NCBI RefSeq assembly: GCF_006345805.1
Contig: NC_043017.1
Span: forward strand, 28,892,001-28,956,000
Direction: 5' to 3'
Source: Octopus sinensis
Taxonomy: Eukaryota
DNA length: 64,000 bases
The position numbers and the translations under genes are program-made. The notes under the pieces were generated by a model. The model was not told the DNA's origin and made no database searches. It saw only the letters and a list, made by a program, of their open reading frames with translations. Every line of letters begins with the position of its first letter. Position 1 is the stretch's first letter. Below are positions 37,613 to 52,689 of the stretch, piece by piece.

Positions 37613-38089
37613 CTTGCGTATATATTTGTGTATATATTTATGTATGTATGTATGTATATATTTATATTGCTTTGCTATTCGTAGGCTTCCACTTTTGCGA
37701 ATTCAACCTAAAGTAATCTCGAGGCGAGCGCCATCTTCATTTAACTTGCACGTAACTTACATTCAAGCGCATTAGTTTCTTGTATAATTGTATTGTGAAA
37801 CATCTTGCTTCCATTGTGTATTAGAAAGTATTTTACCTAGATACATTTACTTGATAGCATATGCAGAAAATGTGTAACGAGATATATGTTCAGTTAAGAT
37901 AACTATGATAAAAATTAGTTCGCAAATTGCTGCTATGCTGATATAGTAGTGAACGAGTTGTATTGTTCATGTACCTGCTCATTGATACAGTCATTAATTT
38001 TCTCCTGCTTGTACTGAAAGCTTCCTTCTCTCAAAGTCGATATCTTTTTTTTCATTTTCATGTGATTACTAGAATATGTATAGCATATA

Positions 38090-38499
38090 GTGACTGTGTG
38101 GTAAGTAGCTTGCTAACCAACCACATGGTTCCGGGTTCAGTCACACTGCGTGGCATCTTGGGCAAGTGTCTTCTGCTATAGCCCCGGGCCGACCAATGCC
38201 TTGTGAGTGGATTTGGTAGACGGAAACTGAAAGAAGCTTGTCGTATATATGTATGTATATATATATATATATGTGTATGTGTGTGTGTGTTTGTGTGTCT
38301 GTGTTTGTCCCCCTAGCATTGCTTGACAACCGATGCTGGTGTGTTTACGTCCCCATCACTTAGCGGTTCGGCAAAAGAGACCGATAGAATAAGTACCGGG
38401 CTTACAAAAGAATAAGTCCCGGGGTCGATTTGCTCGACTAAAGGCGGTGCTCCAGCATGGCCGCAGTCAGATGACTGAAAGAAGTAAAAGGGTAAAGAG
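38090..38499 (+). mobile_element. Family D SINE
   Basis: Almost full-length match. Confidence 0.9.
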
Positions 38500-39757
38500 T
38501 ATACGAGGGACCGGCTTAAATGAAATCACCTTTTTAGAGTAATATTGATATCTATACGAAAATTTCTGTTTGAGCAAAGAAACATTTTTCCAGCGTGTCA
38601 CTCAATCACTGTAGGAGGTTACCAGTTGCGTCTTTTCTCCATATCGCCTACAAACTGTTACTCCACCTTGTACAGACTCCCACATTATCATTCTTTCTAT
38701 GAAAATCACATTGAATTTCTCAAACATGTAAAGAATGGAAGCATATGCAGCCAATAACAAAGTCTTCGAATTCTAGAATTTTCTTGCAGCCGCTGCAGCA
38801 GATATCGTAGGTCATCCAATAACAATCTTTAATCAATTGGAACTAAACTTGCAGTGTATAGCCAGATTTACAATAAGGAATCCAATGAAATGTTGCTTTT
38901 GTCGTTTTAACATATTGAAACTATTAACTAAACAGAACGGAGGTTTTGTTTCGCCGAGCATAACAGACATTCAAGAGCGAATAATGCTTGTAGCTTGGCA
39001 ATCGCTAGTAAATAGCATCAGCATAGATCAGGTAGAACGAATTTCAATACAATCTAAACGATATATTAAGCGAACGTCTCTTACACACACTCTACGAGAT
39101 CAACTTTAAGCATACAGACAAATTGTCTATGAATGTATGAATGTGTGCATCTATGTATATATATATATATATATTCGTGCGTGTATTTGTGCGTGTATGT
39201 ATATATACATATGTATATATATGTATATATATATCTGTATATATATATATATATATTATATATATATATATAATATATATATATGTGTGTGTGTGTGTAT
39301 GTATGTATATATGTATATATATATATATATAATATATATATATATATATTACTAACGGATTAAATATTTTCTATCTGATTTTAGCGTAATTAAGTTTGGT
39401 TTTATAACATACATATGCTTCAATGTAGATAGAAACACATTGTAGAATTTATACGAAGTCTAGGAAATTACTATTGTCCATTTGAATTACAAAGTATATA
39501 ACCGTTAATACTTAATTGAAAAATATATATTTCTTCCTCGATAATAAAATGAGGAAACTGTACATTTACCGTCACGACTAATTACCAATAGATAATAAGG
39601 TAAATTTATGTGAAAGCAATAGGTAGTTTAATAAACTGTGTGTCCTAGTTTGGCCTTCTATGAGGAATATTAAAAGTGGCTAAATTGTTATGAGCTGAGT
39701 GAGCCATAATCGGCAGAAAGCTTTGCAATTTTTCAGCATTTGAATGAAATTACACAA

Positions 39758-40016
39758 TTTGAGTGGCAATTAATTCAGTGTATCCTTGCAAAGACGTCTC
39801 ATAAATCTTAGACAAAGAAGGTAGTAAAGGTTGTATATTTCCCTATATTTAATTGAGCATTTGATAAAAAAAAAAGAAATATATGTATTTGAGTGACAAT
39901 TAATTCAGTGTATCCTTGCAAAGACGTCTCATAAATCTTAGACAAAGAAGGTAGTAAAGGTTGTATATTTCCGTATATTTAATTGAGCATTTGATAAAAT
40001 AAAGAAATATATGTAT
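39758..40016. repeat. 130-bp tandem duplication (2 copies)
   Basis: TTTGAGTG.CAATTAATTCAG at 39758 and 39888; about 3 differences. Confidence 0.9.
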
Positions 40017-42040
40017 AGACATATATCGTATAGATATACATATAGATTTACATATATTGTATAGATATACATATAGATTTACATATATCGTATAGATATA
40101 CATATAGATATACATATAGATTTATAGACTTGTTTGTAGGCTGTGCAATATATTTCCGAACATTATATATAGCCGTTGATAAAATAAAAATACGTATGTA
40201 TAGTCATGTATAATATAGTTATACTTATATACATATACATACATAGATATATCTGTAGACTGTGCATATTTGAGTTCATTTATACGATATATAGGAATAT
40301 ATAAGGACCCACAAAATTATTGCATTAAAACTTTTCTAGATTTCGTTTTCTCTATGATTCAAGCAGTATCTGGAAAAAACGATTGCTTGGGTAAGATAAA
40401 TATCTTACAATCACATACTTTGAAAGCAATAAGTTTCAGTATTCTCGGTAGTAACCTACATTTCTAAGTTTCCATTCAAACATCCTCATTTTCTTATTTT
40501 ATCTACCTTGTCTTATTAAGCAATGATTGGGGTTTGGACTTAAGCGTTAAGTAGCACCTATATATGGAGCGTTTTTTTTTTTGGCAATGCAAATATGGAA
40601 AAGATTTCTACCGATGCTGTTGTAATATTTCTTCAATGTATACGTTGATAAAACGATTTTTAATACAATTATCTATCAGGTAAGTGTAGCTTTTCGGAAG
40701 ACTGTTGCAATCGGCTTGGACTTTATTCAGAAAGACACATTAATTTGTTTCGAAATAGACCGTTAACGATGCCGTTGTTAGAATAATGTAATTAAGTGTA
40801 GAGAAATGGGCTCTCATTTCTTGTACTGGAATTAAAATGATAAATGGATTTTGCAGAGTTTTACAACATGAGTAACTTATCTTAATCGTATTTCTATTAA
40901 GAAGATTATGACGTCTACGAGTTATCAGAAATCACGAAGAGATTTAGTTAAAGTAAACTCGAACAATGTCAATGCGGTCATTTATTATATATACTGGATT
41001 TTACAACACATTTCTTATTCTTCTATTACACACTGGTAATCAGGGTAGGCATTGTATAATATTCAAGCTATGAATGCATGAATAAAGTTTTAACTTTAAT
41101 ATGGATTCACTAATGAGTGAATCCTTAAGAGAATTTTATGAATCTTTATTTGTATAATATAGAATTTCATTTGATTTCCTGTAGGAATAGAATATATTCG
41201 TAAATTATGCTATAGTTATAACCAAAATAATTAACATTTTTCAGAGCTTTATTACCTTATGTTGCTAAATGAATTTATATGTTCGTTTTGAAATCTACCA
41301 AACCCGCGACCATCTTATGTAACAATGTCTTTTAGACTCTCGACCCATTATAATTTGAAAGGGGGATATGCATGCACCCGAGTTACGGAGTTAATATTGA
41401 GTCCACACATACGCACAGACACACACAAACACATACACATACACAAACAAACAAATGAACAGACAAGCAGACAAGCATACACGCGCACATAGGTGAGCAT
41501 CTAAGTGCAAAACAAAGTGGGGGAAATAGTATTCGAATATCAAAGGCAGAGTAATACGCATTTATCAAGGCTGAACATATTAAATAGTTACCCGGAATTT
41601 CTACCTAAGAAATTTTGTATTCATATATTCAACCCAGTGCACACCGACCATAACTCATAAATATAACGAAAGCAAATCACCGTCTTCTTCACATTATTTT
41701 TCCTTCTTAATTTTGTTTATTTCGAATCTAAATATCATACCCGTTACACATATCAAATTATTAAATATTATTCCTTTTAATAAATAATCTTTAAATAAGA
41801 ACCTCGGCATGTTTTTCTCCTACTTCCTATTTTATAAGTATTATTAATAACACCCGCATTTTGTTGTTAAATATCTACCATTAACTTACAAAACATAATA
41901 TTCTATCTGTAGTTTAGACACCTATTTCAACCTGAATGTATATCCATAAACCTTATCCACTATTCTTTTACTATTTTTCTTTACTATAGACACCTAGCGT
42001 ATATGTGTTAGCTGCTTTAGTTATATACGTATTTATATAT

Positions 42041-42271
42041 ATTTCTTTACTACCCACAAGGGGCTAAACACAGAGAGGACAAACAAGGATAGACAAACGG
42101 ATTAAGTCGATTACATCGACCCCAGTGCGTAACTGGTACTTAATTTATCGACCCCGAAAGGATGAAAGGCAAAGTCGACCTCGGCGGAATTTGAACTCAG
42201 AACGTAACGGCAGACGAAAAACGGCCACGCATTTCGTCCGGCGTGCTAACGTTTCTGCCAGCTCGCCGCCT
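42041..42271 (-). mobile_element. Family B SINE
   Basis: Close match; TATACGTATTTATATA on both flanks (possible TSD). Confidence 0.9.
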
Positions 42272-42935
42272 GTATTTATACGTATTTATATATTCAAACC
42301 GGTAATCATATTAAATAGCTCTAACATATCTCAGTAACCTATCGGCAAAAGTTATCAAATATAATTATATTAAGTATATTATCGTATATTTCTCTTTGTT
42401 TTTTTCACTCTCGTTATTATTGCATTTTAATTTAGTTTCTATTGTTATTCTTCATTTTTATTCATTTATTCTATTTTGCTTTATTTTACTTTATTTTTGT
42501 TTAGGTGCATATATGCATATATTTATGTATATGCATGTATAAACGTATATATTATATGTGTGCGTATGCATATTTATGTGCATGCTCAATAAATCATTAC
42601 GTATTCGATGCTTATTGGACCTATATCCTATTGCTTTAATCTCAAATTTGCATTTAATTATGCATTTACATACCCTAATCATTAACGGTCGATAAGTAAA
42701 ATTTACGAAATACACATCATAACGGTTATTTTTCAAATTTTCATCCATCACCATGGTCATTTATGTCTCTCTCACTAAACCAATAAGAATAATCCATTGG
42801 TTTTCTTTTTAGTATATTTTATTTTATATTATTTCATTTATTATTTATTTATTTTTTAATGGTTTTATTTTATCTTTAGCTTAATTTCAATTTTTATCTA
42901 TCTATATATTTATCTGTTTTTCAAATTATAACATA

Positions 42936-43324
42936 TCTTTATATATAAAAGTAAGGTTGTGTGCTGTCTGTCTCCTACGATTTAGATTCCTAACTACTCC
43001 CACATTTTTGCGGTGCAGTTTAACCAAAACCGGGTATCTTATAGTCGTGATTCATATCGAGCCATTCTGGGTATTAGCGCGCATCTACGATGAGTCTACG
43101 ATTAAAAAAAATATTTACCATCAATTTTTCCCATTTTTAATGCATTTTTGGGAAGTAAATCTCTAAAAATTTATTATTAAATCTCAGAACGTAAAAAGCT
43201 ACAGTAACACCCCCCCACCTTTGTGGTTAGCCATATTGAGATGGCTATTATACTTTACATCTCTAAAAATGGTTATATAATTATTTCCCTTACAAACCCG
43301 AGCAACGCCGGGTGATACTGCTAG
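42936..43324 (+). mobile_element. Non-autonomous Helitron (complete, 389 bp)
   Basis: A|TC 5' end, ACCCG-AGCAACGC-CGGGT hairpin, CTAG|T 3' end, no TSD. Confidence 0.9.
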
Positions 43325-44302
43325 TAGTATATAGTATATTCACAGATATCTAAAACCCATCAACCAAATACACCTTCAATATATAGCTTTTAGCTTTCAA
43401 CCAATACTCTATACTTCCTTCAAAAGAGAAATGATTAACCTGGCTTCCATGAGCTCGATATTAACAATGAAGAAGTTCTACCACCATATATTTAGAATGA
43501 GGTAACTTCGTTTGCGTCAAACCAAATGCTTCGAAATTCCTATCAACAAGATGAAAAGACTGAAACTTAGATGGGGATTCCTCTGCCTGTGATTCAATTC
43601 ATTTGCACTGTTATGTTCTTAAAAAAAAACTGTCATCATTTTGTACCAATGTAGTAAGTCCTGCATCACGAGTGGTAGCCGCCGACACTCATTCTCCTGC
43701 AATGTCTCTGCAAGTGTCACGACTTGAATGAGTGCCGGTGCATTAGAAGTTAAAGCAGGGCTTACGCGTAACATAGAACGTACTGGCAGTAGTTTAACTA
43801 CCCGAGTGGTGGAATTTGAATCTCCTTTATTATATCTACCTCAAATACTTCTCGGAACCAAACCGTAATAGGAGAAAAGTTACGATGGTTGAGTAGGAGA
43901 TGGTAACACGTTGAATACAACCCGTTCATTCTGCAACTACTTACAAACAGACATTTTGTGGGGATGGTTGTCCTACTTACTCAATACCGCATTCTATTTT
44001 CGATAAACGTGGTATTTGCTAGCAAAATAGACTTAAAATTTCTTAACTGGATACAGGCATCCCCATCGCGAGGCAAGCCTGCTGGTATGTACTTATTTCT
44101 GTAATCATTTCTATGAATGCCAAACGATTTCTTAGGCTTGATTTCACACCTGGCTTGAGAATTGTACCGATGGCCTCTCCGACGGTGCTCGATATGATTC
44201 GGGTTTCCTCATGCAGGGATCCGGTCCTCAAGGACTCGATTTGTAGGATATGTCTCTCAATCAATTAACTCTAGATCTAGCACAACAATAATTGACATTC
44301 CA

Positions 44303-44332
44303 TAACCCTAACCCTAAACCTAATCCTAATCC
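44303..44332. repeat. Degenerate telomere-like (CCCTAA)n
   Basis: TAACCCTAACCCTAAACCTAATCCTAATCC. Confidence 0.6.
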
Positions 44333-45289
44333 ATGCCACACACAAACACACATGCACAGAAATACATGTCCACACACAAATGCACAAACACACACACGCT
44401 CGCACGCACGTACGCGCACACACAATATACAAAAACACGCACACAAACGCAGATAAAATACGCACAGACACTCACACACACAAACACAAACACATACACA
44501 GATGCAAGCATATGCACACACTGTTATACGTGTGAGTACATATGAGCATATTTATGATTGCGAGCAGGGTATGTGGGTTTGCGTATTTAGAAGCTAATAT
44601 CTGTTACTAAATATTACTTATAAAAAATAATAAAAATAATAAAATAAATTCAGTCTTAGTTTGTTCACAAGCTTCGATTCTCAACACATTCTGATCATTT
44701 TCTTGGTCATATGTATATTTAAGATCGCTTTGATAAACAAGAAAGAAATTAATTAATTTTCTCTATCTCTCTGTAACATATTATTTTTATATCTACCCAC
44801 CTCTCCCACCTCTTTCTTTCTCTTTCACTATCTCTCTCTCTATCTCTCTCTCCCCTTTTTCTCTCGCTTGCTATTTTCTTTAACTTTCCCGAGCTCTCTT
44901 TTCAACAATTCTCTGCAAGACCCACCCCCGCGTCAAACCGCCATATTTATTTTTCTCTCCATTCTAAACTTCTAAATGTTTGGCCAATAATATATAGTTA
45001 CATTCTAATAAACATTGAAGATATCGTAAAATTATCCAGGCAATTGATTCTATATTTAGTTTAGCATATTAATTCGGTAAAGCACACACGAAAAGCGTAG
45101 ACAGACAAAATTAGATAAATTGGCTGATGATTAACGACATATTTAAATCTGAATTTAGGTGCTGTTTGTTATTGCGAAGATAATATTTCAATCGAATTCA
45201 TACAGAACATTAAATGCCATTTTTGTGAAACAGCCGAAAACGTATGTTATTATATCTGCAACTAAACGTGCACTAACACACACAGAGAC

Positions 45290-45371
45290 TCATGTATATA
45301 TATTATATATAATATATATATTATATATATATATATATTATATATATATATATATATTATATATATATATG

Positions 45372-45429
<58 letters not shown>

Positions 45430-45450
45430 TATATATCACATATATATAAG

Positions 45451-45513
<63 letters not shown>

Positions 45514-45675
45514 CATATAATATATTATATATATATATATTCAAATTATATAATATATATATATACATATATATAATATACATATAATATATTATATATA
45601 ATATATATAAATATTATATATATATATATAATATACACACAAATATAGATACATATATATGTATATTATATAATA

Positions 45676-45729
<54 letters not shown>

Positions 45730-45790
45730 ACTATCTATATATACATATATATTTATGTAAGTAAGTATATGTGCATATATGTGTGTGAGC
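45290..45790. repeat. Long imperfect (TA)n tract
   Basis: Seen directly. Confidence 0.9.
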
Positions 45791-46103
45791 AAAATGTAAT
45801 TAATTTTCACTCACGTGCACCGGGAATATTCAAAATGAAAATGATATACATATTCATTCTTAATACGTTCTCTCAGAGCTGAGCGTGAATATGTTTGGTA
45901 ATGGCTGTCAAATTACATTATCAGGTATCACCTTTTTCACGATATTTTTGAACAACACATTGGATTTCTCTCCAGAAAGCACCTTTGAAATCACGATGTT
46001 TTTGATCCGTGTTTGTGTTTTCGGTCGAATTCTACACCCGGGTCAACAGATCTAAGTATGTCGGTTTTGTTTTTAATATACGTACATACACACAATACAT
46101 ATA

Positions 46104-46153
<50 letters not shown>

Positions 46154-46736
46154 ATATACAAATAACAAGAGAGAGTCCACCATGTGGTCACTCTAACGCT
46201 AGATATAGATCCGCAAAGGGAATCCGCCACTAAAGAATTGTTCTCAAGAATTAATTCAATACGCCAAGAATGTAAGCGAGCAGGACAAATGAAAATAACG
46301 AAAAAATAGATTAACTCTATACAATTGTTTCATCCTTAATAGATTATGTAGTTTTACTTACATAAGTATTTTCGAATCGTCGGTAGAGTATATCAGAAAT
46401 ATAATTTGCTGAACCAAACGGCAAAATCCACACGAAGCCGAACAAAGACGAACGGTACAGCCAATTATATTCGCAGTTACGTTGAAATGATTAATTATAT
46501 ATATATATAGATATATATATATATATATATTATATCTTATTATACAACTTACTCTTTTATGTTCGCTTTTATGTACGTTCCTTTATGTACACTGATTTGT
46601 CCTGCTTTTTTATGTGTAACCCTATAGTCTCTTAGGTGGTGGTTTAATAAAGTATGTGATTGAGTATTATCTGGTAATGATATTTGATTTAGATGTATTT
46701 CTCCATTTTCTTTTCTTGTATCTATCTATCTATCTA

Positions 46737-46814
<78 letters not shown>

Positions 46815-47255
46815 AACAAAACTGTCCGTCGAATGGGAACGTGGATTCCGAGAACAGTTTTCGTTGAATTTCTGGTGCTTTTAATAAGTGTTATATATAT
46901 ATATATATATATAAAATTTATAAGTAAGGGCTAAAGAACATTATTTCAATGCCAATATGCTGATAACAGACTATTATATCGTCAATTTCCACATATTAAT
47001 TACTCGCTACAGAAAAAAACACGAAGAACTGAAATCGGGCAAACCGGCCGATAGAATTTTTTTTTAAAGTTCGTTATTTCTATATTGAATCAATTTCGGA
47101 ATTAATCTCATAAAAGATTCTTTCCTCTTTAGTAGAACATACGAAAGAATATAAATAAGATACCTACATGCGCCCATGGAAAAAGCCGTAGCAAAAATCA
47201 TGAGTACATCCACTACAGGTTATAGTGATTACCAGTCCCTATAGCGAGTAGTAGA

Positions 47256-47293
<38 letters not shown>

Positions 47294-47806
47294 TATGTGA
47301 GTGTGTGTGTATGTATGTATGTACGTATGTAATAAGTAAATTATTTGTTGACTTGTGCTGCTGTCTTTTACACCAGGAATATCTTGTGTCGTTCGGACAC
47401 AAAGGACAGCGAAAACCGAAACGATAACTTATTATAATTCTTTATAGGTGCCGACGTATTCGAACGTGGCCATGTTAACGGATGTTGCATTCTGTACTCG
47501 GAAAACACTTCTTTTTAACCGATGCTAATGACTTCTAGTGACACGGTATTTCTTTATGCAACAATAATATACTATAAAATATATTAATCGTTTTTATAAG
47601 TTGGTGCCATGTTCTACTGTGTCAATTGTTAAATCGATCTCTACAGATCTCGTTCCTTAATTTCTATAGAATATCTGCACTGATAACCGTAACAAGTGAT
47701 TTAAAATATGTGTGCTACGAAGCACTTCATCTATCTACATTTGTCTACCTGGCATTGTGTTATATGTTTGCTGCAAATGTTCAGCTTTTAAATCTATAGT
47801 AGTCCT

Positions 47807-47927
<121 letters not shown>

Positions 47928-48719
47928 TTATATGTCAAGCCTATGAAACAGTCAGGATTCTGAAATTTTTGCAACTTTAGTTTTAGCTGTAAAATCTCAA
48001 AATTACATGCCTTGCATTATCGTTTCGTCTCTGATTTACCACACTGCCATAATTTATTAAGAACAAGGGTATTTTATTTTATTGTATTTTTTATTTGTTG
48101 TTTACTTCCTTATTTTAATATTTTTCTAATGGTTTCGTTTTGGGATTTCGTTTGCAAGATTCTTTATATGAGTTCGTGTGTTGCAGCATATTCTTTTATG
48201 TCTGGGGAGATTCATTTTCTTTTTGTGCCTTATAATTTAATACACTCACCGGTAAAATTTCCACTAATTTCTTATTCTTATTTTCCAAAAAATTACGTTG
48301 CGTCTTGTGTTAAATTCTAATGGATTCATTTGATACATATTATTATTCCGTTTTCTTAGTTTCTGATTATGTATTGAGCTGTAGTCTTTTCCTGGTATGC
48401 TTTCCCTTCATATTACAAGACTGAGTAACCTGTATCTTTTGCGTACTGATGTTGGCTAACGTATACAAAATGGTGAACGTTGCATTAAACGGATTTATTT
48501 ATTGTTGCGTTTGTAAATCAGAAAAGTAAATGTCTCCTACACAGAGATTTTAGTGCTGGAATTTTGTATTTAGATGATTATGTTATCTCGCCATGAAGCC
48601 GTATGGAATTACTGGTTTATTTTATGTAAACTAGTGTAAGGTTTCTATAGTTTTTAATTTGAGTGTTTATGAGTATAATTACTGTTTAGTAGTCTTCTTT
48701 TGGAAAAATAGAACGACAT

Positions 48720-48880
48720 GCGCAGGAATGGCTGTGTGGTAAGTAGCTTGTTTACCGACCACATGGTTCTGGGTTCAATCCCACTGTGTGACATCTTGGG
48801 CAAGTGTCTTCTACTATAGCCCCGGGCCGACCAATGCCTTGTGAGTGGATTTGGTAGACGGAAACTGAAAGAAGCCTGTC

Positions 48881-48924
<44 letters not shown>

Positions 48925-49140
48925 ATGTGTGTGTATATGTTTGTGTGTCTGTTTTTGTACCCCTAGCATAGCTTGACAACCGATGCTGGTGTGTTTACGT
49001 CCCCGTCAATTAGCGGTTCGGCAAAAGAGACCGATAGAATAAGTACTGGGCTTACAAAGAATAAGTCCCGGGATCGATTTGCTCGACTAAAGGCGGTGCT
49101 CCAGCATGGCCGCGGTCAAATGACTGCAACAGGTAAAAGA
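48720..49140 (+). mobile_element. Family D SINE, full length
   Basis: Head to tail match. Confidence 0.9.
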
Positions 49141-49581
49141 AAGAACAAAAGAAAGAAACGGTATTCTTCTGCAAGTATGTCGATTCGGTGCAAGTAAAAT
49201 AAAAATCATGTTTGTTATTCAAATTTCTATGCTTTCAAAAAACATCCAACAAGTATTAATGGGAACTGGAACCATTTTATTTTGGGTAACGCTGGATTAT
49301 CCTGTAATTTGTAGAAAGTAGCGTTGCAGATATTTGGGCAGGTGTAATACGTCCAGAAGTGTTGACATTCAAAATGTTATTTCACATTGAAAAAAATGGG
49401 TCGCATTGAACAAAAATTCGATGTTTGAAACATTTGCTTGAAATATTCAATAAAAGAATAAATTATAGATAATGAAATTTTAACTTCTCCAAACAGTCTA
49501 CGACGTACATTATCCACTTAGGTTTAGTAAAAATCTAAACCACATAATTAGTAAGCCGCTTTCTTTAAACATATATATATA

Positions 49582-49796
49582 CTCTTTTACTCTTTTACTT
49601 GTTTCAGTCATTTGACTGCGGTCATGCTGGAGCACCGCCTTTAATCGAGCAACTCGACACCGGGACTTATTCTTTGTAAGCCCAGTACTTATTCTATCGG
49701 TCTCTTATGCCGAACCGCAATGTGACGGGGACATAAACTCACCAGCATCGGTTCTCAGCGATGTTGGAAGGGACAAATATAAACCCACACACACAC

Positions 49797-49849
<53 letters not shown>

Positions 49850-50046
49850 CATAATATATATATATATATATATTATATATATACGACGGGCTTCTTTCAG
49901 TTTCCGTCTACCAAATCCACTCATAAGGCATTGGTCGGCCAGAGGCTATAGTAGAAGACACTTGCCCAAGGTGCTACGCAGTGGGACTGAACCCGGAGCC
50001 ACGTGGTTCGGAAGCAAGCTACTTACCACACAGCCACTCCTGCGCC
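49582..50046 (-). mobile_element. Family D SINE with expanded internal (TA)n
   Basis: Head to tail match. Confidence 0.9.
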
Positions 50047-50604
50047 TATATATATATATACTGAGAAAGAGAAAGAGAGAGATGTATATTTTGTTTGTGA
50101 CTATATGTGTTTGCGCGCGCGCGTATATGAATATATAGACGGAGCAGCGCCGAACTGTTTGGAAGACACCTTCAGAGGTACGAGGTACTGCGTTTTGTCA
50201 CTTGTTTTATTATATCTAAATGTAAGTGTCTATACATTCAAATCAAATCCTATATTTGTAGAGTCTGTGGTATAAACGCAAGACAGTTTCAAATATTTTA
50301 TATATACTTCAAAGTTACTGGTTTTTCACTCGCTATTTACCACTAATGAAGATCTGGTATTATACCAGGTGAACATGCGTTGGTAAAGACCACCGCCAAA
50401 TGCACGTAAAGTTTATGACAGGGTCATTCAGCTGAAGGAATAACTAAATATTCATCGTCGAAGATTTAGTGGGAAATCAATGCGCTTTTGTGTGCATATG
50501 TGCGTACGAGTGCATGCTTCGTACACACACACATTCGCACACACATACGCACGCACATGCACAAACATACATATATACATACCTACATACATACATACAT
50601 ATAT

Positions 50605-50640
<36 letters not shown>

Positions 50641-50735
50641 CATGGCCTGCTTGCTTAGCCAGCAGGGTGGCGTCATTTGGAGGCTAAAACAATGCGAAGC
50701 GCATTGTGACCAGCGATTTGTAGCAACATCGATGT
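50641..50735 (+). mobile_element. Headless copy of the 32664-type SINE tail
   Basis: GGCCTGCTTGCTTAGCCAGCAGGGTGGCGTCATT...GGCTAAAACAATG. Confidence 0.7.
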
Positions 50736-50736
50736 G

Positions 50737-50790
<54 letters not shown>

Positions 50791-50791
50791 C

Positions 50792-50834
<43 letters not shown>

Positions 50835-50835
50835 C

Positions 50836-50895
<60 letters not shown>

Positions 50896-50914
50896 GAAGA
50901 TAGACAGACAGACT

Positions 50915-51002
<88 letters not shown>
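50737..51002. repeat. (GATA)n microsatellite
   Basis: Seen directly. Confidence 0.95.
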
Positions 51003-51009
51003 CATTCCA

Positions 51010-51775
51010 GGTGCGATGGGAAATTGTCGCCATTTTATATTTTGCTTTTTGTGCATGTGCATGTGTATTATAATATTTTGATTTTGTCGACTACTCAGTG
51101 TAGTAGAGTCAGTTGGGCACCGTCTGTGAGAACAGCAGCATCATGACGCAATTTACTATGTCAAAAATTTTAAAATGTCATGCTGGACTACTAGGCATTC
51201 GCACCCTAAGCTCCAATACAAACATTTCAAGGTGTTTTGGGGGGTCAATCTTTTGGCTTGGCGTATCACCAAAAGATGTACCGCGAGTGCGTAAACTAAA
51301 CATCTAGTCAACTTCATGGTGTTTGCAGTGATGGCGATGTTATGTCTCCATTCCTCTTTCAACGCAATCTCAGACTCAACACGGAGGCCTAAATCAAGTG
51401 ACTGCATGTGGTAGTGCCATGGGTCAAGAGGGTGGCTGCTAGGAATCTCTGTCTGACAACAGGACTCTGCCCTATCCCACACAAGCAGGAGAAACCACTC
51501 ATGGCTGTCACACAATTTCTGTGACCACACCACACCTAACATCTGGCCAACTAACTCCCCAGACTGTAACCCCGTTAATTAATATGTGTGGGGTGCAGTT
51601 GATCGTAAGTCCAACAAAACCCCTTTTAACACCCAAGATGAACCGAAGGCACATGTTATTGCAGCATTCACCAACTTAAACAAAGTGACCATCCAGAAGA
51701 GTTGTAGGAGATTCCGAAGTCGTCTGGATGTCGTGGTTGAAACCAATGACAATTTTATTGAAGAAATTTACATTC
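51010..51775 (+). mobile_element. Internally deleted maT (DD37D) Tc1/mariner transposon
   Basis: QQDSAL...NSPDCNPV(N), 37 residues from D to the third catalytic position; VWGAVDR...RFRSRLDVVVETNDNFIE; stops and frameshifts. Confidence 0.85.
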
Positions 51776-51955
51776 TCTTTGCTTCTTATGATTGTAGCCT
51801 ATGTGTGTGTGGTGTCAGCGAATATTGTGTGCTTGATACCGTGTCTGTGTGTGTCTGGTAGATAGTGTGTGTGCGCGTAGTGGTATCTGTATGTGTGTGT
51901 TTGTGATATTAGCTATTTACATGTGTTTATATGAGTGATCTGAGTGTGTCTATCA

Positions 51956-52004
<49 letters not shown>

Positions 52005-52689
52005 TATACATATATATATACATAAACATACATACATAATATATGTATATATATACATATATATATATATTTATATATATATATAACATACATGCGCTTA
52101 TGTGAAAACTTGGATACTCTCAATAATACAAACTCTCTCCCATACATATACACCCACATATATACATTAATTTGTGTGTATATGTGTTCATTTATTTGCT
52201 GTTTATTTACAATTTGGCAACTATTTCATCTCCAGCTTCTTCAGAGGAAACCACTAAAATGGAGATATTTTAAATGATTTTAAGATGGAGACCAGAATTC
52301 AATTAGAAATGAAAAGGCTATGTAAACTAAATAATTACGAAGAGTGAAAGGAAGAATACAATTCGCGATGGTTTCGAAATTAAGTGCAACAAATCGAAAC
52401 GAGAAATATTGGATTAACATGAAGACATTCGGCAAAATATTAGGTACAAAGACACAGGAAATAAGAAGAAAAATAGAAGACAGACTTTGGGAAAAATAGC
52501 AGATTAAAAGAAGTGGATTAAATGTAGAATACAAAATGCAGAAGATATGTTGATGTGGAAACAATGTGTAATCATATAGAAAATTAAGGAGTTTATAAAA
52601 TAGGTAATAGAGAAAAATTGAACATCTGGTTGACAAATGTGTTTAAGACCGAAGGAGAAATTGTTTTCAAATTTAGTCTCCAGGCCAGC

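Noticed and set aside
47448-47548. Possible exon after TTCTTTATAG acceptor
   Set aside because: Stops in all three frames before any plausible donor.
52280-52640. Purine-rich stretch resembling a decayed RTE EN-RT linker
   Set aside because: Only vague similarity with many stops; cannot be supported without a search.
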